A DNA stretch of 64,000 nt, from IMG/VR virus record IMGVR_UViG_3300034103_000446, positions 39,063 through 103,062 of that record, one strand, 5' to 3'. The notes below the pieces were generated by a model. The model was not told where the DNA came from. It made no database searches and saw nothing but the letters and a program-made list of their open reading frames with translations. Numbering within the stretch: position 1 is the first letter of the stretch; each line of letters opens with the position of its first letter. Position numbers and translations under genes: made by a program. The DNA is from a virus. Shown one piece after another: positions 40,401 through 45,843 of the stretch.

Positions 40401-41955
40401 TTTCTACATTCAATGTATTTGTAGTATTACTTTCAATCAGGCGAATGATACCAACTTTGTTAGAAGAGGTTCCGTCTTGGTAGTACAGTGTATCTAGAGG
40501 AGCACTAATGTATGGTATTAATAAAATAATTCCAGAAGTGTTTCGATAAAAGTTTCTAGCTCCCCACTCAGTGCCAAAAGTAGCAGTAATTTTTTCGTTA
40601 ACTGGAATTTCAGATGATTGGACTAAACGAATAACTTGTTCTGAAGGATCACCTAACAATTGAATAGTGTAGAAATATTCATTTACATTTGTGTAGTAAC
40701 CTTGTTCGTATTGACCTTGATTGATAACACCGGTCATTGTTCCAGATTCAGTAGATAGTGCAAGTACAGAACCATTGGGTGTGGTAGATACAGTGAACTG
40801 AGTAGAATTTATAACTGACTCTACATAATAAATTGTGTTTGGTAAGGTAGCAGAGTATGGTGCTAATCCACCAAAAGGGTTACCATTAAAAATGATTGCA
40901 TTTCCTACGACTAGTTCACTAGTGCTATTACATGTGATAGCATAAGTAAATCCATTCGTGTTAGTAACACTGATAGTTTTTAATTCAGTTAAATCATTGT
41001 TCTCATCGTACGGAGTAAAGTCAAAGAAGTTTGATACATATCCTACTTCGTTTGGAATTCCAGTATTATAGAACATTACACGCAGGCCGTCAAGCGAGGT
41101 TATACCATCTATACCGTTAATTAAATCAGCTACTCTAACACCATTAATTTGTGAAAAGGGTAAATTTGAGACTAGGCTTACTGTATTGTTACCTGAAAAA
41201 TTATATTCGTCTTGTGCGTCTTTAGGAGGAACAGTGAATGTGACGATACCTTGCGTTGCGCCGTTGTTGTTCACCCCTAATATTTCACGAGTTTGCAAAT
41301 TGGGTTGAGTTGGACTAAATCCTGTTACGCCTGGTTCACCTTGAATCCAGAATTGAGAGTCTTGATTTACGGCGAATGAATATGTACCACCTCGCAATAA
41401 AGTTAGTGTGGGGTTTGTGCTACCTAAGTTGTCCGCAGAAGTTAATGGAACAATGTTGTAACCATTAGGTAAGTCATATACTACGTAATCATTACTGTAA
41501 AAAACAGTTTCACTTGTTACCGTGACATTTTCAGGACCTTCTGGAATCCAGTAGTACTGATTAAAGTTAATAATCTTATCTAAATTTGTGAAAGAGTCCC
41601 AAGAATAAAATTCACTGTTGAACAATCTATTATTATTGTTCGTCACACCACCTTCAAGTTTAAGTGCATCAATAATACCTGGATAACTTATAAAGTCTTT
41701 TGCAACTGATTCATTTGTTTTTGTAAAAACTACACCTGGATCTAATTGATAATCTCGGCGAATCTTGGTAGGTTCAGTTACATAGTAATCCTTAGCATTA
41801 ATACCGTAACCAAACTTAGTTCCTATATAACCCTCGATTTTTTTCGTCTCTGGTTGCGCTACTATTTGGTCTAGTGTCGCCGCTAAAAACTGAGCGTTGG
41901 TTTTTGTTTGGAAAATGTCCGGTAAAAAATTTAGTGTTCTTATTCTTGATGCCAT
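22480..41955 (-). CDS. Giant modular baseplate/structural protein (6491 aa)
   Basis: Uninterrupted 19.5-kb ORF directly after the gp6-like wedge gene. Contains roughly 15-17 copies of a beta-rich 'I.F.G..GG....T.YYV......F.VS' module, FG-GAP-like repeats and Asp-box (S.DG..W) repeats. Confidence 0.8.
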   Translation of the reverse strand: MASRIRTLNFLPDIFQTKTNAQFLAATLDQIVAQPETKKIEGYIGTKFGYGINAKDYYVTEPTKIRRDYQLDPGVVFTKTNESVAKDFISYPGIIDALKLEGGVTNNNNRLFNSEFYSWDSFTNLDKIINFNQYYWIPEGPENVTVTSETVFYSNDYVVYDLPNGYNIVPLTSADNLGSTNPTLTLLRGGTYSFAVNQDSQFWIQGEPGVTGFSPTQPNLQTREILGVNNNGATQGIVTFTVPPKDAQDEYNFSGNNTVSLVSNLPFSQINGVRVADLINGIDGITSLDGLRVMFYNTGIPNEVGYVSNFFDFTPYDENNDLTELKTISVTNTNGFTYAITCNSTSELVVGNAIIFNGNPFGGLAPYSATLPNTIYYVESVINSTQFTVSTTPNGSVLALSTESGTMTGVINQGQYEQGYYTNVNEYFYTIQLLGDPSEQVIRLVQSSEIPVNEKITATFGTEWGARNFYRNTSGIILLIPYISAPLDTLYYQDGTSSNKVGIIRLIESNTTNTLNVETDILGQAQFTSTNGVVFTNGLKVVFQGDVIPTSYLAGEYYVEGVGTAIELLPVENFIAPESFTASTYVPWDVLGWDSAAWEGNSYIPVTPDYITIARNSIDKNAWSRSNRWFHIDVINATAIYNNNPNLATLYATSEYKAKRPIIEFYPNIKMFNSGSEGKNPVDFIDTRTTDALTKVAGQQNYYPDVEVYTAYTGTITSTDYIATRVLTDASASTDVFTTSTGTTGFRVDDLIVFDNITPGLGIVNGATYFVAEIVSSTEFKISSTKGGDVIGPNSNIGPGTYGFEWTPQSTILTIDSVDVNGTITVGQYITDSTNQLPRNTQVLSISGTTTLTITVGWDEGSSGYIPTTTDSSFVSTDTTNDNYALFEGSRIIFTQDADSTVKNKIYVSRFSVVNGSSIPVITLTEVNDGIVHTDQQTVALRGYFNQGKEFWYNGLDWIEGQQKTTVNQPPLFDIFDTNGISFGDSDVYVGTSFIGCKLFAYGLGAGIDDSILGFPIRYSAIDNVGDISFDVSLNADTFDYVSGTDPITQKVNTGYVFQYNNRIEYQRQLGWQTAVAPSVQYQIFEFNYDPLNPAASYMCDIAKSSADSIAWPTIEVYVNNVIVNHGEYTITVGPDTTTVVLATNPLIETVVQILLLSDQVSKTAYYSIPINLNNNPLNADITVANIGDIRGQYQSMFFNNPNTTGDVFGSNNFRDLGNLVPWGDKIIQNSASLILPGAFLRKQEHNLFNSLMFNDREYVKFKNLLAYTIQNSDYEQRYDPATMLDDALDQMTASKTDSQSFFWSDMLPSKAAYISNTYSFANSLDVSIYPLSRVYDYATANYYGVLVYLTRTVSGLTSTQQLVKGQDYTISTTAPSLTVSLDLQPGDSITVKEYNQTYGSYVPNTPTKLGLYPSYIPEVILDSNYNTPTYFIRGHDGSYTKLYGEYNTITGLLSDFRDQVSLEFELRVYNNLKLSNIIPIKEYEVVPGFFRDTDYSYAEWLEIYSNSFLNWVGQNRLNYKTQFYNAGNTFTWNYFQSGNAIDKGVISQGYWRGIYQYFYDTTTPNTTPWEMLGFTEMPTWWTNRYGPAPYTSDNLVLWTDLAEGIDWNNGDPVVIPQAVRPGLLEIIPVNSAGNLLPPIDSVVGSYNQKLFQRDWKVGDGAPVEFSYRRSSSYPFDLMRLLALTKPAAFFNLGVNVDNYKYNEEFNQYLVNNRSHLRMSDIDVYGTGTPVTSYINWVVDYEKQIGIPATANITEMINNTDVRLVYRLAGFSDKTLLKFYVEKGTPNSINASLLIPDESYSVLLYDNQPFNRIIYSGVIIQKASTGGYTVYGNSQTFAYFKTLKPKFGGKYDTIEIEDLSVRVTPDHYATEQIIPYNTTYYTVQEVAQFLADYGAYLTSLGMKFDDMENELEINWGQMIAEFMYWSQTGWAPGSIVTLNPSAKKLTIDKDSNIVQPLTLQQSNFILNQNLYPIQLNDMSVVREGTNFSVAALNAGDVLSYGQFNLSNFEHGIVFDNITLFGDIIYNLTTGLRQNRIALRGTKSADWNGTVNASGFIYNQDNIKEWSRTIKYTKGEIVKYKNKYWVATKVIQASELFKEEDWKRTDYDSIQKGLLPNSSTRSYESSLYYDVDQANLEKDADLLSFSLIGYRPRDYMALADLTDITQVNVYKNMIKNKGTLNAASAFKGATLPQGGIDYEIFENWAIKAGEFGGVLNNNFIEFRVNENSMTGNPAVVGLTQGIYNQGVQQEVPLYSLFNYGRAVSNVNVLPTTSVESISPVFPNAGYVNYNDVKMSAFFYSQLGVAVDKSGSIVPIQEFFVRDYVWLANYLEQWQVYTPVSMGQVISARNNLNETVTITFNKPHNLKQYQPFAIVNFDPVIDGYYLATIVIDQNRVLVNRVLDTSIKTITGQGVAMKFTSQRVATPSEIADLPLIEAEFRKNTVWVDTDASGSWGVYRKNINYTLENQVTKASSQSLGSAVAISSQLGYMISDADAGQVYRYTFNELNDAYELVQTITGNATFGSTISYAGDLYAIAETTGASRSVKLYQLQATTTSDDLVLVQTIPYAAGATTWGTAIAIAKNQAWIYISDIDNDTVHVYQRSNILTTAGNFETSQTYIINTIGTTDFTAIGATSNDVGTIFIASGLGTGTGVATKITYTTAATIDGDALGLTNPGDRFGYSIATEYNSNKIIIGAPYKDEGTIDKWGHTYVFQRLCQNIEIQYNTIAPSTQTLQLAWTPAATQYTVTDTNSAGDVITLSIGLNVSTDLDKPIMFIGAGFAGTDITTSKVYYVSTIAGSNITIKETRESTTDIDLSTVSGMSNASAYLQNDTLFVSRNGTLVQDNNYAVIDDTLIYTDSLNAGDIVNVNGNDITLFQDIAPSETPQTGAQFGISVTTNTTASEILIGAPFQLSTQTTEGVVYRYTDPGAAYGMYVGVNDCNVTTTRKILINGFLTFIPAGNAEVVANAINSSNITNIAATSIDGKLVIFLIDNNLAPVNQKLCLGVTDTVTLGELGIVVFDMTQEINCPHTGGPTQFGTIVKFNEYGSFVASAPVGTRYSATTFDFIDDENQDNDTLFDNNTTSWIDESPNFGAVYMFDYITQYNESLLNPGKFVYAQSVNSPNLVYTPFNSYDQDTDITTSNQPRYGTALDFNNYGVIVGTPGDVGDTTGSEYAGSATVYNNSTGVKDWALYRYSAPIVDINKIFNIQLFSAESNETLINMDYIDPLQGKILGAARENIDIVSNVDPAYYNNGETVTGGLVWGADHVGLVWLNTKNMRYVNYHQNDDVAYNSQYWGTLFPGSDVAVCSWVASTVLPGEYRGPGTPLNVDSYSIQYVINASGALSPVYYFWARNTNTIFTDNDKTLADSIIASYIENPKASGISYFSPILPSVYGLYNSGDYINANDSVLHIGFATGTNDDVSHEQFNLVRSGFPSDFLPGVPSTASGIPDSLYDRLLDSLCGVDETGAIVPNPYLPKAVQTGILARPRQSFFLDRFTALKNYLQYANSVIYQFPITEIRQSSFLTSTGEFYDTADYWEFVNWWATGYDDNTKSALQVPIYADLSTLSVAVGTIVTVSTNRSGQTETYIYESNGIWRRIGLENGTIRFKSSLWDYESVRLGYGDNFFDTDTYDVYPSEETRKIVRALNEQIYTDDLLVYRNRSLILLFEYIQSETTESQNYLPWLNKTSFIDVAHTIRELRPIEVFQSDNQDFLAGYMNEIKPYHVVIKEFLFKYTGEEIYGGNITDFDLPAKYDRSQNQFITPQLVYANSNGVNQFTPDNPIWEEQEYSQWFENYGLALTGEPEAQMTTLASYISLNTKSFVVDNAQGFPINGIITIGTEQIGYSSVDRALNVITGLTRGVNGTTISEHIPGAHISMNLPAVLLLDGGRGYTEPPKVTAYIDPILYPTPTRPAVLTAVMNLDSVLRVDVVDPGQGYAVLPKIIIDTAIVVPFSSTDVNTFSNTVQVYAPLLQTGDLIQYKVGADSTAIGGLENNQWYYINVLETVPSVVVGFYDNYANCINDHDRLPLFNAGTGSSHSINLGARASAITSALPIRENDIVLRFDRTTYNSQVIEWLSGRYYGAYYAGTYSNSESVASSSITLQSTQPPIADILASAQGVAFEITDLRNDRVLTYSSFIRYVHSTYASNDVVRLALQDDGSGNPNASGGTNGFYIGMPIKFTGDIGTSGLVNEQVYYVNSIVNQTDFTLSNDPTGSPMLSLSNWTVGPAGLECFVGEVIDTAVITVNYPGILNVTATQAVTNKLTVPLNVTGTGGTAGFYINLPIFFTGTDSNLVQNGVFGGIIENEVYYVTTVVDDQTFTMSETQNPQTFNVTATVASTDTIVIDGDTTRLSVNEQIIFNTMIIAGTKTSTFGNLVSGTTYYVASIVSPSTFQVSTTINGPAVALSDVSVASNTSALLTSQKDTVALITATGSDMVVNVSLPVSPGQVNGQLFTLYETSEQYPNVSGTNGNLITRGVAALIGERTSGIDGLQVDVNAIVMTNYNAGDTVARGLTNIYVNMPIEISEDLFYTNALVPGTTYYVVDKGTIEIEVTNTSSSTNELTCDTTEMLFADMPILFSGSGMGGAEIDVEYWVKKVVSDTRFTITNTPGGLELTLTTASGLMTGTGLPYIKVAENLGDPAEYPGDSQQSASISAANPAVITVVNAPEDGTTVIFRNGTVPAGISLGTTYYVRNATSTTFNVSLTATGALIDTSAGSLSSSTMVITTETTVDQTPLTVPEFDVSYILGGYRVLISNAGTGYAVDNTIVIPGNVIGGTTPLNDLTLTVNAIDDDGEITSTICSGIAAGVVSQYYLKVISPTEFELYQNALMTVPVSGLALPYVGITETTVTSLDSGTDELTLADASGFDLNDAVVFTGNLTPTLGAITESQTYYITFILGNVITVSAEPGGADINITTSIASNFTIAKSGSFALLPEPFIFNQSIVKYNNRVYVCVISNNDKEFVFGKWELLTSGDRRLNAMDRVFGYYDPTDNMPGKDLSQLFEGVIYPNSTYLGNAFAPDDQYPIDTVLQDQAFYPTAVDIHAIVWDSVRYLAAADTPDYSSVLSSLTGEEWEIQKLANTPINTTDMIYAGGYYIMTSNNPATPIFRSADGITWTTNGYFTPYGSVPYDTTTYDFTALSISALNLNSVGYRNNLWIAVGDGIVSSDDTYIWRQRFTFSDPQLTNILYGVNGIDVSAFTGFIAVGKGQQLDYSTGVGVTIDVNLIITSTDGISWNQIPAVSSKGFYGVTHNGTSIVTVGEDGVIYISNNGANWLGVNEVTVISSNDASNELNVTSTAGFVVGNQVEFSESFNVFTAGTPYFVVNIISSTQLQLSTTFGGLPVTLTVDDPTTTTYMFAPRTTSLVDVKYANGAYVAVGDNGLIKVSTDGYTWAPHTSGTSEDLNGVTFNEDTSEWIVVGDNNTILISTDNGINWTSSSVFAPQATFYDVQGAEFTYGYGPEELVPGVVTDNITLTVATRPGTNWDETIYAHVGYEVVSVEYTPESGTQTTYSFDIGNLYDIQTPAQIAVYIIGGTTGLSTAVYQTLDYTINWINYTITLNTPLTFSPVADKLRIDVYEVGNGNQLVKASTKTDPIRTNTSTGWNEIYVNCNYSGQIYDGSGVIRPDTNPVDVEATETDSTNNSILCANVEDFVLNMPITFQGNVFGGIQEDTTYYVKTISYVTNRITVSTTINVGTGTAGPTLALTDDTGSMNVIIKVGYGEVWTAPIIYHNGDKLLIGTTSTVTRTKASNNAVTTNTTGGMVVGERIVFSDTMFGGILLPQTTYYVQSIIDTNEFTVAATSGGPVITLTNATGGAEFITNDYAFGIADNGISASIIFASNSYDNATDYISYTLFGETTPQQYGYTIPEVQVIEADGSSTYELDNYVGDDNSNNAIVEVNGLRLINTTDYTIDDNTNEITFTSAPTSGDTIAVTTFNNTERQYLNTQYGITGVTVANIIDINNSIVPFSAITNCTASNGTTEVITCVSTTGFVPGQTIQFKGATSFGDIEIDGTVYYVRAVLSPTTFTIQDENGTIIDLSTGTGLIVAYVGGQQAVRVTTGTAHNLTSGDLVRIDGTLGSVQLNNNTYYVHVINSIQVDLYLDQPYSSGLTAVNSPVTAISSYVSGGYIWENNSYVIETLEVTATTNDPILGNYLTVSSTVPLIIGTPIVFTGTVYGGVAADTTYYVKELISATEFSISATRNGSDLVLSTDTGSMFVTQWEQDNVDRLWVTVNGYRVPSSELKLNANNEISILTVISTLDEVTITSMMPSATPNEEVFLINVNQSGAGVAYRANTQTRTWLTEPLSNTDTVMYVDDVTRLTDVVTQSETVPAAVDGYFYIGLDADKRLISNVTVYNATTGQTIAGSNYEVVIVNLSPVLKITSGAYITVGNQLTITVLEGNLLYINGEQIKFSSVDLANNTISGLQRGTNGTGGQFFIPQYSEVYGLLSNNRMSIADYQETWNSDVYNTVDGDPLQISVTESATFLRGDVN

Positions 41956-41965
41956 AATATATTAC

Positions 41966-44900
41966 TTATGCAATTTGTAATTCAGCTGGTGTGAGAGCAG
42001 CGATAACCAATACGTCATTTGCTGTAGCAGCATTAACGAAAATTTCATACGGGGCGCATTTTATTTCATACAAGTCTCCGAATTTCATAGTAGGGTCATT
42101 GGGTACCAGTACCGCGGAACTAATATATTCTCCAACTTGATCGTGCAGATACGCACTTAATTCACTGAAGTAGAATGTATCACCGAAGTTCCAATTATTA
42201 ATTTCAAAATAGGCATTCATTGCAGTTAATACTGCACTACGAATTTCACTTTCACTAGCATTAGTGTTAGATGCCTTAATCACTTTAATAGTGGCTCGTA
42301 AGTTTGGACTTGCTTTAGGTCCAAACAGTGGTTTAAACACTACACTGTTTAGAACCATGCTGTCACTTAACATCTTATAATTGTTTAGTTCCCCATATTC
42401 TTCACTCAACTGATTAATAGTTGGCTTAGGTGGTATAACGACCGTATTAGATGTGTCTTGGATATAGTTTTGATATTGAGTATAGTAGCTTTGAGTGACT
42501 ACATACAAATCAATAATGTTAGTTGTTGCAGGATCAATACGAGTCGTGTTGTTGCTGTTATGGCGATACTGGAACTGCAATCCTTGACGACCCGGCTTAG
42601 TAGAATACTGGGGTTGTTCTTCTAATATATAAAATGGCGTGTTCACCGTGTTGTCCTGTACTGTTTTCCAAAAGGTAGTTTCTCCAAATGCATAGAACAA
42701 TTGTCCAAGTTGATACTCATATTTAGCTACCTCAATTTGTGTCTTTGTTTGGTACTGAACAACATCTGATGTAGGGACTATTTGATATCTGGATAAATTA
42801 ATAGCATCTTCAACTAGTTCAAAGAAAACATAGATGCCAGAGTTTGCACCGCCGGTAGTATATCCAGTAACTGTTTGAAAGAAGTCTGGATTTACAATCA
42901 ATCCACGATTGTTAATGTCATTACTCGCAACTTCAACTTCAAAATCATTGATGTAGCCGTCGCTTTCCACTGTTTGTCCAACAATGTTTACAGTAATGGG
43001 TTTAGACAACGGTGAGTTGCTGTTTGGTTGTGTGTTAGTTGCTAATACACTAATAAAGTCTTGAAGAATCTTTCCACTTAGTGGATCGTATACAAGTTTG
43101 TCACGTTCAAAGCTGAAACGAGTATCCTCTACACTACCAAAATAGTAACGCAATGAACGATACGTAGCAATGTATCTTCCGTTTACATACTGAAAGTTTA
43201 TGAACCAATTAATATCGTCATATTGTTTGATGCTCCAGCGGTCTTGTGCAATAGTTAATGAGTTGTTGAAAACCAAACTAAAGTTTTGCTGTAGTTCCAT
43301 ACGAATAATACACTCTTGCACGATTTCGTTAGACAATGAATTGTCGAATGCAGGAAGAACAGTTGTTAGAATTGCGCCTTCAGGTACATAGCCATTCAAT
43401 GTTACAGGGCCTGTACCATTAGCAAAGTTACCTTGACCGTTATTGTAACCATCACCTATCACTGCCAACACTGTTGTCCAAATATATGTTTGATTGCTAG
43501 GGCCGGGTATACCTGACACTAAACGATTGTTTGCGTCAAAGTAGAATCCGCTAGGTGCAACAAACTTAACTAATGCACCTGCGGTAATATACTTTACATT
43601 GTTAGTAGAGTAAGTACCAATTGGTACTGGAAGCTCACTGCCGTCAGTGATGTTAAAAAAGTAACCTGTCAATGAGTTGCCATCAACTGTACTAGCATTC
43701 CAATAAACTGTTCCATCGCCTGACGCAGAGTTAATTGAATATTGGGTGAAATTTTGAGTATAGTATTGAACTACTCTGTTACTTGACAATACATTGTTTA
43801 ATGTGTCAGTTAAGAAAGTAATAATATTACCAACAGTATTAATTGTCAATGATTCAAAACCATTAGTATCATTTTGCCACAATGCCCCGTCAGTTGCGAA
43901 ACTGTTTAGGCTTGAATATTTGCCAGTAGGATCTAACAAGTCTAAGTTCTTACTAACACCGATACTTGAACGATTGATCGCTTTACTCTTGATAATAGAA
44001 CTGTACAGTGTATATGGGAAGTTGTTATAATCTTCGCCGTTGACCATACGGTTTTGAGTATAGTAACGAGTAGGGGCTCGTTGCTTAATTTGTGCTAATG
44101 GTTCTCTTACTTGTGCGTTTGACACTGGCAATTGTAATTCTAACCCTAGTGTCAGTATTTCTGTTTTACCTGTACGGTTTATATAACTAATCGAAACAGT
44201 TATACCTTGCATCTCTGTTGGATCAATTGTATATGTTAACGCATTGCCTGCACGAACATATGCACGATATGTTCCTACTGGAATCTGACTGAATACCCCG
44301 TCACCAAACACATAGCTAACTTGGTCGTTGAATCGTGAGTTCACTGAGAATATAGTTCTGTTACTAGTTTCAGTTTGTAGATATGCATCAGCATAAATGT
44401 TTTCAACTTTGTTCCAAAGAACTCTGGTTCCATTATTAGTGTTCAACTGATACAACCAGGTATCTTCATTATTGATACCTTCAATGTCGATGTTAATTAC
44501 TTGGTTAGCGATTTGTTGCTCTAATGTGAAGTCGTAATTCTGCAAGATACCTTGCTTGAAATAGAAGAAGAAACCTGTATTTGGGCTACCGTAACCTAAT
44601 TTGTCGTTACGATATAGCATGTTAAATCTTCCGCTGGGTGCTGGTGGAATTTCATACATGTAGTTTTCGTCAACACTGGTCACACTGCAAAGTTCAAAAT
44701 TCATAGCAATACCATCAACAACCGAAGAGAACGGTACAATCGGTAATGAAGTATTAGGAATTCTCATGGTGTATTCACTAGTGGTTACCCCTATTAGGTC
44801 TGCGGTGTTACCGGGACGACCGACTCGCTGAGTGTCAACTAAAGAAGCGTTGATAATAGTATTGAACTGTTCTAACCAACTTGGGTTAGCAGGGTCATTC

Positions 44901-45331
44901 CATAGAATTGGAAGATTACTTAGGTTAGTACCGTTTAAGTCAGTAATGTTTTGTGTTGTCTGAATGTTGACAACTTTCAAATAACCCTGAGCGGCTAAGT
45001 TACGCTTAGGAGTATAGCTTACTAAATTAGCAAGCTTGATAACACTATCTCTACGCTCGGCAGTGTCAATGAAGTTTTCGCGGGTGTTTAAGTCGTTTCT
45101 GAATGCTAAGCCTTGTCCCATAAACGCAATTACATCTAATAACGCAATGAATTCACTAGACTCAATATAGTCATTGTAGGTTTCCGGGTAGTACACACGT
45201 AGATAATCGATGAAACTTTTGCGTAAAGTTTCATAATCATAACTTCTAAAATCGGCTTCGCGGAACGTTTGATAGATCGCTTGCCAATCATTCACCCCGA
45301 ATAATGCAGATTGTCTTGAACTTGTAGCCAT
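41966..45331 (-). CDS. gp6: Baseplate wedge subunit (T4 gp6-like)
   Basis: DFRSYDYETLR, ENFIDTAERRDSVIKLANLVSY.PKR, FGDG.F..IP.G, TQNRMVNGEDY; follows gp25. Confidence 0.82.
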   Translation of the reverse strand: MATSSRQSALFGVNDWQAIYQTFREADFRSYDYETLRKSFIDYLRVYYPETYNDYIESSEFIALLDVIAFMGQGLAFRNDLNTRENFIDTAERRDSVIKLANLVSYTPKRNLAAQGYLKVVNIQTTQNITDLNGTNLSNLPILWNDPANPSWLEQFNTIINASLVDTQRVGRPGNTADLIGVTTSEYTMRIPNTSLPIVPFSSVVDGIAMNFELCSVTSVDENYMYEIPPAPSGRFNMLYRNDKLGYGSPNTGFFFYFKQGILQNYDFTLEQQIANQVINIDIEGINNEDTWLYQLNTNNGTRVLWNKVENIYADAYLQTETSNRTIFSVNSRFNDQVSYVFGDGVFSQIPVGTYRAYVRAGNALTYTIDPTEMQGITVSISYINRTGKTEILTLGLELQLPVSNAQVREPLAQIKQRAPTRYYTQNRMVNGEDYNNFPYTLYSSIIKSKAINRSSIGVSKNLDLLDPTGKYSSLNSFATDGALWQNDTNGFESLTINTVGNIITFLTDTLNNVLSSNRVVQYYTQNFTQYSINSASGDGTVYWNASTVDGNSLTGYFFNITDGSELPVPIGTYSTNNVKYITAGALVKFVAPSGFYFDANNRLVSGIPGPSNQTYIWTTVLAVIGDGYNNGQGNFANGTGPVTLNGYVPEGAILTTVLPAFDNSLSNEIVQECIIRMELQQNFSLVFNNSLTIAQDRWSIKQYDDINWFINFQYVNGRYIATYRSLRYYFGSVEDTRFSFERDKLVYDPLSGKILQDFISVLATNTQPNSNSPLSKPITVNIVGQTVESDGYINDFEVEVASNDINNRGLIVNPDFFQTVTGYTTGGANSGIYVFFELVEDAINLSRYQIVPTSDVVQYQTKTQIEVAKYEYQLGQLFYAFGETTFWKTVQDNTVNTPFYILEEQPQYSTKPGRQGLQFQYRHNSNNTTRIDPATTNIIDLYVVTQSYYTQYQNYIQDTSNTVVIPPKPTINQLSEEYGELNNYKMLSDSMVLNSVVFKPLFGPKASPNLRATIKVIKASNTNASESEIRSAVLTAMNAYFEINNWNFGDTFYFSELSAYLHDQVGEYISSAVLVPNDPTMKFGDLYEIKCAPYEIFVNAATANDVLVIAALTPAELQIA

Positions 45332-45349
45332 AGGTTTATCTCTTTTAAG

Positions 45350-45357
45350 TATTTATC
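45350..45357 (-). promoter_or_regulatory. Candidate late promoter GATAAATA
   Basis: In the intergenic gap upstream of ATG 45331. Confidence 0.6.
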
Positions 45358-45385
45358 ATACCTAAAAACCGTCTTTTATTAGGGT

Positions 45386-45835
45386 TTATTGGATTGCGGC
45401 AGAACTTGTTGAAGAACTTAGAAAGACACTCAACAGATTTACTTGATTAAAGGGCGCTACAGCAACTTCTAACTCTAATAGAATGCCGTTTTCTTGAGGG
45501 TATGCCTTGACAGTATTTACTAGAAGTCTAGGATCTAAACTTGCAACACGCTTTAGTTCATTTTCTAATTTGAATTGAACATCAGCCGTGTTTGGTTCAA
45601 ACACAAAATTCCATAAAGTAGTACCATACCCTGGGTTTCCTACCTTTTGACCTTGTCTTATATTCAGTGCATTTACAAAGTCTTGGATCACTAGAGGCTG
45701 GTCAACCAATCTGAATTTTCTGCCAGTATTAACTGATCTTTGTACGGTACCAACACCCCCGTCGTTTCCTACGGGAGCGTTAGTTGTTCTGGGTAAATTT
45801 GCACCTACTGTGCTGAATCCTATGTATTGTGGCAT
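45386..45835 (-). CDS. gp25: Baseplate wedge subunit gp25/GPW family
   Basis: DFVNALNIRQGQKVGNPGYGTTLWNFVFEP..DPR. Confidence 0.85.
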   Translation of the reverse strand: MPQYIGFSTVGANLPRTTNAPVGNDGGVGTVQRSVNTGRKFRLVDQPLVIQDFVNALNIRQGQKVGNPGYGTTLWNFVFEPNTADVQFKLENELKRVASLDPRLLVNTVKAYPQENGILLELEVAVAPFNQVNLLSVFLSSSTSSAAIQ

Positions 45836-45843
45836 GATATTAT

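Noticed and set aside
19483-41955. Diversity-generating retroelement, invertible cassette or CRISPR array acting on fibre genes
   Set aside because: No reverse transcriptase, recombinase, near-identical template/variable repeat pair or regularly spaced DNA repeats; the repeats are visible mainly at protein level.
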